In this document: positions 16,623-24,570 of the stretch, in pieces
How positions within the stretch are numbered: the first letter of the stretch is position 1
Layout: each line of letters begins with the position of its first letter
Assembly (NCBI GenBank): GCA_030638985.1
Contig: DAOWDO010000085.1
Location: 1-25,762, forward strand
DNA from: Dehalococcoidia bacterium
GTDB taxonomy: Bacteria > Chloroflexota > Dehalococcoidia > Dehalococcoidales > DAOWLH01
Length of the DNA stretch: 25,762 nucleotides
Reading direction: 5' to 3'
The notes under the pieces: generated by a model
Seen by the model: only the letters and a program-made list of their open reading frames with translations
Databases searched by the model: none
What the model was told of the DNA's origin: nothing
Position numbers and translations under genes: made by a program

Positions 16623-17396
16623 GTGTTAGTATTGGCCATCGGAGACATTGTCGGCAGCCCCGGCAGGCAAGCCATAAAACAGCTTCTACCCGGCTTAAGG
16701 CAGCAATACGGGCTAGACCTGGTTATCGCCAACGGCGAAAACGCCGCCGGCGGACTGGGGCTGACCCTGTCCACCGCCGACGAGCTACTCGGCGCCGGAG
16801 TTGACGTTATAACCTCGGGCAACCACATCTGGGCGCAGAAGGAGATTATTCCCTACCTCGATAGTGAGATTCCCATTATCCGACCACTGAATTATCCACC
16901 GGGGGTGCCCGGCAAGGGATACCTGGTGTTCAACGACCGGGCGGTAGTGGTCAACCTGATAGGCCGCACCTTTATAGGCAACTTTGACTGCCCCTTCCGC
17001 GGCATGGATAAGCTGCTCGCCCAGCTTGACCCCGGGCACAGGGTTATTATCGTTGATTTTCACGCCGAGGCAACCTCGGAGAAGGGAGCTCTGGGCCACT
17101 ACCTGGACGGCCGCGTCAGCGCCGTACTGGGCACCCATACCCACATAGGCACCATCGACACCCAGCTGCTTCCCCGGGGGACGGCCTATGTCACCGATAT
17201 CGGCATGACCGGCCCGACCAACTCGGTTATCGGCGACGACACCGAGAAGGTACTCCGCCGCTTTTTGACCATAATCCCGCACCGATTGTCGGTGGGAAAG
17301 GGCAAAACCGTCCTCAATGCCGTTCTGGTAAAGATTGACGAGGAAAGCGGACGGGCGGCTGCCATTGAGAGAATCAGCTGCGAGGCAGACTCGTGA
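16623..17396 (+). CDS. ymdB: YmdB-family metallophosphoesterase (2',3'-cyclic nucleotide phosphodiesterase)
   Basis: GDIVG, ANGEN, TSGNH, DFHAEATSEK, GTHTH, DIGMTG; follows rny as in Firmicutes. Confidence 0.93.
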   Translation: MLVLAIGDIVGSPGRQAIKQLLPGLRQQYGLDLVIANGENAAGGLGLTLSTADELLGAGVDVITSGNHIWAQKEIIPYLDSEIPIIRPLNYPPGVPGKGYLVFNDRAVVVNLIGRTFIGNFDCPFRGMDKLLAQLDPGHRVIIVDFHAEATSEKGALGHYLDGRVSAVLGTHTHIGTIDTQLLPRGTAYVTDIGMTGPTNSVIGDDTEKVLRRFLTIIPHRLSVGKGKTVLNAVLVKIDEESGRAAAIERISCEADS

Positions 17397-18250
17397 CTGC
17401 CGGGATAGACCTCCACATCCACACCACGGCCTCCGACGGTAAGTTCAGCCCGGCGGAGATTGTCCGTAAATCGGCGAACCTCGGGCTGGGCGTCATTGCC
17501 ATCTGCGACCACGACACCGCCAACGGATTAGAGCCTGCGCTCAAGGAGGCTGCTTCCTTTCCCCACCTCAGGGTAATACCCGGCATTGAAGTCAGCACCC
17601 ATGCTCCGGGGAACGAAGTCCACATCCTCGGTTACTTCATAGACCACACCGACGCCAGGCTCCAGGATATCCTGGCCAGCCTACGCAATTCGCGCCGGGA
17701 GCGGGCACAAGCCATGACCAGCAAGCTGAGAGGTCTGGGCGTCAACATCGACTGGCAGAGGGTCAAGCAGATTGCCGGCGGCGGCTCTATCGGCCGGCCC
17801 CACATTGCCCAGGCCATGCTGGAGAAGGGCTACATCGGCTCGATTAAGGAGGCTTTCACTCGCTATATCGGGCAGGATGGCCCGGCCTATGCTGAGCGGC
17901 ACAAGATAAGCCCGGTAGAAGCAGTGACCCTGATAAAAAAGGTGGGTGGCCTGCCGGTGCTGGCACACCCGACCACCATTAACGAACCAGAGGCGATGGT
18001 CAGTCGGCTAAAGCCGGCCGGTCTGGTTGGCCTGGAGGTCTACTACGACGATTACAGCGAGGATGAAAGGCGGCGCCTGGCCAGGCTGGCCGACAAGCAC
18101 GGCCTTATTGCCACCGGCGGCAGTGATTACCACGGCCTGGATGACACCGCCGAGACTCTGCTCGGCGAAGCTGATGTGCCCCAGAAGGCGGCCGAAGCAC
18201 TCTTTGCCCTGGCCGGGCAACGAACGCTCAGAGCGGCCGGCTTATTATAG
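17393..18250 (+). CDS. PHP-domain protein (TrpH/YciV-like phosphoesterase/exoribonuclease)
   Basis: DLHIHTTASDG, CDHD, GIEVS, HILGY, RPHIA, LAHP, GGSDYHG; GTGA overlap with the ymdB stop. Confidence 0.9.
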   Translation: MTAGIDLHIHTTASDGKFSPAEIVRKSANLGLGVIAICDHDTANGLEPALKEAASFPHLRVIPGIEVSTHAPGNEVHILGYFIDHTDARLQDILASLRNSRRERAQAMTSKLRGLGVNIDWQRVKQIAGGGSIGRPHIAQAMLEKGYIGSIKEAFTRYIGQDGPAYAERHKISPVEAVTLIKKVGGLPVLAHPTTINEPEAMVSRLKPAGLVGLEVYYDDYSEDERRRLARLADKHGLIATGGSDYHGLDDTAETLLGEADVPQKAAEALFALAGQRTLRAAGLL

Positions 18251-18255
18251 AAGTT

Positions 18256-18927
18256 ATGTCCATTGAGTTTATTTTATTGAGCATCGGTGCCTATCTTCTA
18301 GGTTCGGTGCCGGCCGCCTATCTGGCTGCCAGGTGGTACCGCGGCATTGATATCAGGAAGCACGGCACGGGCAAGGTGGGCGCCGCCAATGTGCTCAGCT
18401 CCGCTGCAAAGTGGCTGGCCATCCCGGTGGCCGTATTTGACATCGGCAAGGGGGCACTGACCGTCTGGATAGCCCAGCTGCTGGGGCTGGGGGCGGCCGC
18501 CCAGGTAACGGTGGGCATCATCACCATCGTCGGGCACAACTGGCCTGTATTCCTTCGCTTCCAGGGCGGGCGCGGTATCTTTACCACTCTGGGCGTTGTC
18601 ACCATGCTCTCACCGTGGCTGGGACTAATCATTCTGGTCACGCCCTACCTCTTCGCACCGTTGCGGCTGGTGGCCTTCGGCGTCTTTCTGGACCTGGCTG
18701 CTATGCCAATGCTGGGCTGGTTTTTCAGCCAGCCGCTGGGCATTGAGGAAAGACTGCCGGTCACACTAGGCCTCATTGCCATGATGCTGCTGGGGCTATC
18801 AAAGAGAGTGATAGCGCCCAGGACTCCACTCAGCCAATCGCTGCATCCGCTGGAGCTGTTTTTCAACCGCCTGCTATTCGACCGTGACATCAGGGACAGA
18901 AAAGCCTGGATAAGGTGGAAATCTTAA
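18256..18927 (+). CDS. plsY: PlsY-family glycerol-3-phosphate acyltransferase, divergent paralog
   Basis: AYLLGSVP, DIR.HG.G..G..N, FDIGKG, GHNWPVFLRFQGGRG; several catalytic-motif substitutions. Confidence 0.8.
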   Translation: MSIEFILLSIGAYLLGSVPAAYLAARWYRGIDIRKHGTGKVGAANVLSSAAKWLAIPVAVFDIGKGALTVWIAQLLGLGAAAQVTVGIITIVGHNWPVFLRFQGGRGIFTTLGVVTMLSPWLGLIILVTPYLFAPLRLVAFGVFLDLAAMPMLGWFFSQPLGIEERLPVTLGLIAMMLLGLSKRVIAPRTPLSQSLHPLELFFNRLLFDRDIRDRKAWIRWKS

Positions 18928-18959
18928 GCAAAAGCCGGAGAGCTAAAGAAAGGCCGCCG

Positions 18960-18968
18960 TGATATTAT
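18960..18968 (+). promoter_or_regulatory. Extended -10 element upstream of the Fe-S oxidoreductase
   Basis: TGaTATTAT 26 bp before the ATG; no good -35. Confidence 0.5.
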
Positions 18969-18994
18969 GAAATGTACTGCTCACCCAGGAGAAA

Positions 18995-21043
18995 ATGTCG
19001 CCGCTTAGCATAACATACTGGGGAATCCCGGGTTACGCCATCTTCTGGGTGCTGACCGTAGCCGCCTTTGGCCTGTTTTTTTACCGGATTTCCCGGCTCA
19101 TCCGGTATATGTTTCTGGGGCAGCAAGAGAGAGGCTTCGGCCACCTGCTGCGCCGGGCACTGAAGACAGCGGCCATCACCGCGGGGCAGTGGTGCCAGCT
19201 CAAGGGCATCACCTTCAAGGACAGGGCGGGCATAGGCCACGCCATTCTTGCCTGGGGCTTCTCTGTCTTTGTCGTCTTCTATATGGTGTTTATCATAATC
19301 GGTGCCGGCTTCGGCCTCTCGGAGACGCTGGAGCACGGCGCTTTCTTTTACTACTACACCTGGATTATGGACATCATCGCCCCCGTCGTGGTTCTGGTCA
19401 TCCTGTGGGCCATCGTCCGCCGCTATATTATCCGGCCGCCGCGGCTACAGGGGGAGCAGACAGCAGAAGCCCTGGTCATCCTGATAACCGTGCTTCTACC
19501 CCCTATAACCCACCTCTTCAAGATAGCCACCGGCATCGCTCTGGGCAATCCGCCAGCAGGTCTGGGCGGCGCTCTACCGGCGGTAAGCTCGGCACTAAGC
19601 AATATCTTTGTCGGTATGAGCACAGGCTCGATAGAGACCGCCCACGCCGCCTTCTTCTGGGCAAACTGGCTGGTCATCCTGTTTCTTCTGGTCTGCATCC
19701 CCTACTCCAGACACTTCCATATGGTTGCCTCGCTGTTTAACATCTTCTTCCGTTCACCGCTGCCCAAGGGTGCTCTGCGCTCAATCGACCTTGAGGCCGC
19801 CGAGACCTTCGGAGTCGCCAAGATAACCGACCTTACCTGGAAACAGGTGCTTGACCTCTATTCCTGCGTCGTTTGCGGACAGTGCCAGGACGCCTGCCCG
19901 GCCACCGCCAGCGGCAAGCCGCTCAACCCCAAGAAGCTAATCCAGGACTTAAAGAAGCACCTCCTTGAAGCCGGGCCGGAGCTGCTCAAGCCCCGGGGCG
20001 GTGGTGAAAATCCGGGCGACAAGCCGGCAAAAACGCTGCCCGGTGAAGTAATAACCGGAGACGAAATCTGGGCATGTACCACCTGCCGCGCCTGCGATGA
20101 AATTTGCCCTCTTTATGTTGAGCACATCGATAAGATCATCGATTTGCGGAGAAACCTGGTTCTGGAGCAGGCATCCCTTCCGGAAACCGCCGAGCAGGCG
20201 CTCAGAAGTATTGAGACCCGTGGCCATCCGTGGCGGGGGACTACCGCCTCGCGTACCGACTGGGCACAGGACCTCGATATAAAAACACTGGCTGAAGATA
20301 GTCAGGTTGACTTCCTGTTCTGGGTCGGCTGCACCGGCGCCCTGGAGGAAAGGAGCACCAAAATAAGCCGCTCTCTGGCCCGGGTCCTTGAGCTGGCCGG
20401 TGTCAACTTCGGCATACTCGGTGCCGAGGAAAGCTGCTGCGGCGAGCCGGCCCGCCGCCTGGGCAACGAGTATCTCTTCCAGATGCTGGCCGAGAGCAAT
20501 GTCAAGATACTGCAAGGCTACGGGGTGAAAAAGATGGTTACCGCCTGCCCCCACTGCTACAACACCTTCAAGAACGAATACCCGGAGTTTGGCGGTAAAT
20601 TTGAGGTCTGGCACCACACCGAGCTTATCGCCCTTCTGCTCAAAGAAGGACGGCTGAAAACCAACCAGGGGACTGGCGGGCTTATCACCTACCACGACCC
20701 CTGCTACCTGGGCAGATACAACGATATCTATCAGCCGCCAAGGCATCTCATAAGAAGCCTGCCCGCTACCAGGCTGGTTGAGACGGCGAACAATAAAAAG
20801 CGGGGTTTCTGCTGTGGTGGCGGCGGCGGCCGTATGTGGCTGGAAGAAGAGAGCGGTCAGAGAATAAGCAAGCTGCGCCTTGAGCAGGCGCTAAAGACAG
20901 GGGCCCAAACTGTGGCCACCGCCTGCCCCTTCTGCCTCCAGATGCTTGACGACGCGGCAAAGGCCGGGAACGGCGATGTCGGGCCTGTGGTGATGGATAT
21001 AGCCGAGCTGGTGGCCAGAGCAGCCGGCGCCGGGCGGGACTAG
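18995..21043 (+). CDS. Membrane-bound Fe-S oxidoreductase (FadF/HdrD/GlpC-like, two CCG domains)
   Basis: Several N-terminal TMs; CVVCGQCQDACP and CTTCRACDEICP ferredoxin motifs; SCCGEP...CPHC and HDPC...CCGGGGG...CPFC; AGGAGA RBS. Confidence 0.9.
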   Translation: MSPLSITYWGIPGYAIFWVLTVAAFGLFFYRISRLIRYMFLGQQERGFGHLLRRALKTAAITAGQWCQLKGITFKDRAGIGHAILAWGFSVFVVFYMVFIIIGAGFGLSETLEHGAFFYYYTWIMDIIAPVVVLVILWAIVRRYIIRPPRLQGEQTAEALVILITVLLPPITHLFKIATGIALGNPPAGLGGALPAVSSALSNIFVGMSTGSIETAHAAFFWANWLVILFLLVCIPYSRHFHMVASLFNIFFRSPLPKGALRSIDLEAAETFGVAKITDLTWKQVLDLYSCVVCGQCQDACPATASGKPLNPKKLIQDLKKHLLEAGPELLKPRGGGENPGDKPAKTLPGEVITGDEIWACTTCRACDEICPLYVEHIDKIIDLRRNLVLEQASLPETAEQALRSIETRGHPWRGTTASRTDWAQDLDIKTLAEDSQVDFLFWVGCTGALEERSTKISRSLARVLELAGVNFGILGAEESCCGEPARRLGNEYLFQMLAESNVKILQGYGVKKMVTACPHCYNTFKNEYPEFGGKFEVWHHTELIALLLKEGRLKTNQGTGGLITYHDPCYLGRYNDIYQPPRHLIRSLPATRLVETANNKKRGFCCGGGGGRMWLEEESGQRISKLRLEQALKTGAQTVATACPFCLQMLDDAAKAGNGDVGPVVMDIAELVARAAGAGRD

Positions 21044-21057
21044 CCGTCGCTGCCCCT

Positions 21058-21723
21058 TTACCCCACAAACCGGCAGATATTATTCAGGCAGCACCGCCAG
21101 CACAGCGGCTCCCTGCGGCAGGCATCCTTGGCCAGTTGTACCAGCAGGGCGTGGTATTCATTAAACAGCCCGGCATCGGCCGGCAGGTAAGCCATAAAGA
21201 GCTGCTGGTAAGAGGCGTAACTATCGTCTGCCGGTGCCAGGCCAAGGCGGTTAATAATGCGCCGTGTGTAGGCATCAACAACAAAGACCGGCTTGGCGGC
21301 GGCATAGAGTATTATCGAATCGGCCGTCTCCGGCCCGATTCCACGGACAGCAAGCAGCTCACGGCGCATCTGCGGGACACCAAGGGCAAACAGCTCATCA
21401 AGATTATCGCGGTAGTGGCTACCCAGCCAGCCGGCCAGGGACTTGAGCTTTTTAGCTTTAGCATTATAGTAGCCGCTGGAGCGGATTATCAGCGCCAGCT
21501 CAGACACGGGCATGCGGCGTATCGCCGCCGGGGATAGCACCCCGGCTGTCTTCAGACCATCAATAGCCTTGGCCGCATTTCTCCAGGAAGCCTGCTGGGT
21601 GAGGATGGCGCCAACCATTACTTCAAAGGGTTCATCCGCAGGCCACCAGTGCTGCCGTCCATATCTTTTCAGAAGCCGCTGGTATATGTCCGCAAGATAG
21701 CGTCCTATTTGTTGTCTGACCAT
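21058..21723 (-). CDS. Endonuclease III-related HhH-GPD DNA glycosylase with C-terminal Fe-S motif
   Basis: GAILTQ, SGYYNAKA, RGIGPETADSI, VVDAYTRR, C-x5-C-x2-C-x5-C. Confidence 0.9.
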   Translation of the reverse strand: MVRQQIGRYLADIYQRLLKRYGRQHWWPADEPFEVMVGAILTQQASWRNAAKAIDGLKTAGVLSPAAIRRMPVSELALIIRSSGYYNAKAKKLKSLAGWLGSHYRDNLDELFALGVPQMRRELLAVRGIGPETADSIILYAAAKPVFVVDAYTRRIINRLGLAPADDSYASYQQLFMAYLPADAGLFNEYHALLVQLAKDACRREPLCWRCCLNNICRFVG

Positions 21724-22181
21724 GGTGGCTTCGTAGCTTCGGCTGCTGAGTCATATCCCGGGATATAGGGCTTGATATCAATAACCGGCGTGCCATCAAC
21801 GGCGTCCAGCCCTTCCACCTGGAGCACGTTGCCCTCAATATTGAGCAGTTTTACCAACTTCTGCCCCACCGGATTTGGCCGGTAGGGAGAGCGGGAGGCA
21901 AAAAGCCCGACCAGGGGCATCTTCGGGTCGCCCTTGTATCTAACCTTGAGGGCCATCTTATCCGGGTCAACTGCCTTATGCATCCAGCAGAGTACTATAA
22001 TGTGAGAAGACTCTTCCAGTCTATAGAGAGCTTCAGCGAGACTTCTATCAACCACAATCTCGGAGACTATCCCGTTCCAGTCGTATTCCTGACGGGGTGT
22101 CCACTTTACTTTACTGCGGACATAGCCGATTGGTTTAACGGTAAACTGATTATCACACACGGCAAGGTACTTCCCGGGCAA
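21705..22181 (-). CDS. trmO: tRNA (m6t6A37) methyltransferase TrmO/TsaA family
   Basis: PIGYVRS, SHIIVL.W.H, GLFASRSPYRPNPVG, GLDAVDGTPVIDIKPY; start uncertain (TTG 22181 or GTG about 22160). Confidence 0.88.
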   Translation of the reverse strand: MPGKYLAVCDNQFTVKPIGYVRSKVKWTPRQEYDWNGIVSEIVVDRSLAEALYRLEESSHIIVLCWMHKAVDPDKMALKVRYKGDPKMPLVGLFASRSPYRPNPVGQKLVKLLNIEGNVLQVEGLDAVDGTPVIDIKPYIPGYDSAAEATKPPWSDNK

Positions 22182-22211
22182 TTATACGAATGCTCAAGTA
22201 GCCTGTTTCGG

Positions 22212-23450
22212 CTATCCCAGCGGATTGAGGGTCAACAGTTTTCGAGCAATTTCGGGATACCTGGCGATGAAGAGCAGTTCGTCCTCTACCAGTGGCTTGT
22301 GGGACTCGACATTGGCATACCTGACCAGTTCCAGAACCTGGTTGGCTTCTTCTTTGCCTGAGAAGGTCACCGACATCTTTCCCATGACGTGGCTGAAACC
22401 GGAGATGCCGCTGTACTCTCCGGCGCTGATTTCCCTTCCTGTATCCACCATCTCCGGCTCTCCCCGGCCCAGCTCTTCATAGCCGTATAGCTCGTAATTC
22501 TCCGGGTCCTTGAGCACGCCGTCAGCGTGGATTCCGGACTCGTGGGCAAAAGCATTGGCACCGACACCCGGCTGGTTAATTGGTATCGGTACGTCAAAAG
22601 CATAGCTGGCAAACCTGGCTATCTTCCAGGCCTTTGACAGGTCTATGTGATTGCCAAGCTGGTATTTATCGGCGAACCCCTTTGACTTGGTAACTGCCAG
22701 AACGGTGGCCACCAGGTCGGCATTGCCAGCTCTTTCGCCGATGCCGTTAACCGTGGTATTGATATAGGCATCCTGGCCGCCATCGATAGCCCCTTTTGCC
22801 CCGCTCAGTGAAGTGGCCACCGCCATACCCAGGTCGCCGTGGCAGTGCAGTTCGATGGGAAGGCCGACATTCTCCGCCAGCGCCCTGGCCGTTTCATATA
22901 TGGTGAAGGGGTTATCGTAGCCCAGGGTATCGCAGTAGCGCAGCCGGTTGGCACCGTGCTCCCTGGCCGCCAGGCCAAACTTAATCAGGTAGTCCAGGTC
23001 TGTCCTGGAGGCGTCTTCGGCATTAACACCGATGCTCTCGGCGCCGTGAGCCCAGGCAGCGTCAACCGCCTCGGCCATGTTATCTATAATATCTTCCCTA
23101 GTCTTCCTGCCCTGAAACTTACCCTGTATCATCTGGTCTGAAGTGGATATGGAAAGGTTGAGGTGCTTGATTTTGGGCACCGTCTTAAAGGCGGTCTCCA
23201 CATCGGCGACAATAGCCCTTATCCAGCCCTCCAGGCGGATGGGCTTAAGCACCCCCATCTCAGCAAGCTCCAGGTTGGCCTGAAGGTAGTTGGATTCGTG
23301 CTTGGTGGTGGGAAAGCCGAACTCGGACTGAAAGACCCCCATATCATTCAAATAGATGTTAACCAGCGTCTTTTCCAGCTTGGATAGACCCAGCTTAGCC
23401 GTCTGCACGCCGTCACGGTTGGTAACATCAAGCAAGTATATTTTGGGCAA
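22212..23450 (-). CDS. Homocitrate/isopropylmalate synthase family enzyme, likely Re-citrate synthase
   Basis: DVTNRDGVQ, NAEDASR, YCDTLG, HCHGDLGMA, NGIGERAGN, HESGIHADG; no LeuA regulatory domain. Resembles, from memory, the Dehalococcoides Re-citrate synthase. Confidence 0.75.
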   Translation of the reverse strand: MPKIYLLDVTNRDGVQTAKLGLSKLEKTLVNIYLNDMGVFQSEFGFPTTKHESNYLQANLELAEMGVLKPIRLEGWIRAIVADVETAFKTVPKIKHLNLSISTSDQMIQGKFQGRKTREDIIDNMAEAVDAAWAHGAESIGVNAEDASRTDLDYLIKFGLAAREHGANRLRYCDTLGYDNPFTIYETARALAENVGLPIELHCHGDLGMAVATSLSGAKGAIDGGQDAYINTTVNGIGERAGNADLVATVLAVTKSKGFADKYQLGNHIDLSKAWKIARFASYAFDVPIPINQPGVGANAFAHESGIHADGVLKDPENYELYGYEELGRGEPEMVDTGREISAGEYSGISGFSHVMGKMSVTFSGKEEANQVLELVRYANVESHKPLVEDELLFIARYPEIARKLLTLNPLG

Positions 23451-23496
23451 TTAGAGCCACCCCCTGTTGGCAATTCTGGAACCCCGTTCAGGCAAA

Positions 23497-23525
23497 ATAT
23501 TATCATAGTAGCCCTCTCATAGCAA
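23497..23525 (-). promoter_or_regulatory. Promoter of the citrate-synthase-like gene
   Basis: Minus strand TTGCTA (23525-23520), 17 bp ending in TGa, then TAATAT (23502-23497). Confidence 0.6.
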
Positions 23526-23529
23526 ATAA

Positions 23530-23549
23530 TGTGCTACAATTACAGCACA
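23530..23549 (+). promoter_or_regulatory. Extended -10 (TGcTACAAT, 23532-23540) embedded in palindrome TGTGCT-N8-AGCACA
   Basis: Read directly from the sequence; upstream of channel-argC. Confidence 0.55.
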
Positions 23550-23571
23550 CCAAGAGTTAGATTTAGCAGCA

Positions 23572-24567
23572 ATGACTCCGACAAGAAGGTTTTTATGGGG
23601 GATAGCCGCCCTGGCTGCCATTATCTCGGCCGGCGTCGCCGGTTATATGCTGATTGAGGGCTGGTCTTTCATAGACTCCGTCTACATGACGGTAACAACC
23701 ATAACCACAGTTGGCTACGACGAGGTTCATCCGCTAAGTGAAGCCGGGCGGATTTTCAGTATCTTTTTGATCATCGGCGGTGTCGGTGGCGCCCTCTACT
23801 CTTTGAGTGCCGTTGTGGCCTTTGTGGTAGAGGGGGAATTCGGCACCAGGCTGGGGAGGAGACAGATGAAAAACAGGATTGCTAAATTAAAGAACCACTT
23901 TATCATCTGCGGCTACGGCCGGGTAGGGCAGGAGATAGGCCGTTTCTTCGCTGAAGAAGGGGTGCCTTTTGTTGCCATCGACAACAACCGGGAGAGCACT
24001 GCCATTGCCGATAAAGAAAACCACCTCTACCTGCTGGCCGATGCCACTAACGACGAAGCACTCAAGGAAGCCGGCATCGAACACGCCCGCGGTCTGGTGG
24101 TGGCTGTCGGCAGCGACCCCGACAGCACCTACATAACACTTTCGGCACGGCAATTACGCCCCGACCTTTTCATCGAAGCCCGGGCCTCTTCAGACGAGGC
24201 CGAAACCAAGCTTAAAAAGGCCGGCGCTGACCGCATCATTTCTCCCCAAAGAATCGGCGCCCGGCGCATGGCCATGATAGCACTACGCCCGGCAGTGGTT
24301 GACTTTATTGATACTGTAACCTACCGCCACGGTCGGGAGCTGCAGATGGAAAACATAGCCGTCAATGATGGTTCGCCCCTGGCCGGACAGAGCGTGGCCG
24401 AAATCAGCCGCCGCACCAAAGCCACCCTGCTGGCGATAAGCAAAAAAAGCGGACGCCTGCTGGCCAACCCGCAACCAGAAGAAATCATCGAAGCCGGCGA
24501 CATCCTGGTGGCAATGGGTACCCGGCAGCAACTTATGGCTTTAGAAAAAGTTTGCGAGAGGTGTTAG
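23572..24567 (+). CDS. 2TM ion channel with RCK (TrkA-N/TrkA-C) domains
   Basis: TM1, pore helix (DSVYMTVTTITTVGYD), TM2, then ICGYGRVG Rossmann motif, GADRIISP and a TrkA-C domain. Confidence 0.9.
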   Translation: MTPTRRFLWGIAALAAIISAGVAGYMLIEGWSFIDSVYMTVTTITTVGYDEVHPLSEAGRIFSIFLIIGGVGGALYSLSAVVAFVVEGEFGTRLGRRQMKNRIAKLKNHFIICGYGRVGQEIGRFFAEEGVPFVAIDNNRESTAIADKENHLYLLADATNDEALKEAGIEHARGLVVAVGSDPDSTYITLSARQLRPDLFIEARASSDEAETKLKKAGADRIISPQRIGARRMAMIALRPAVVDFIDTVTYRHGRELQMENIAVNDGSPLAGQSVAEISRRTKATLLAISKKSGRLLANPQPEEIIEAGDILVAMGTRQQLMALEKVCERC

Positions 24568-24570
24568 CTG

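Noticed and set aside
19949-20746. 265-aa minus-strand ORF
   Set aside because: Antisense to the Fe-S oxidoreductase; no independent evidence.
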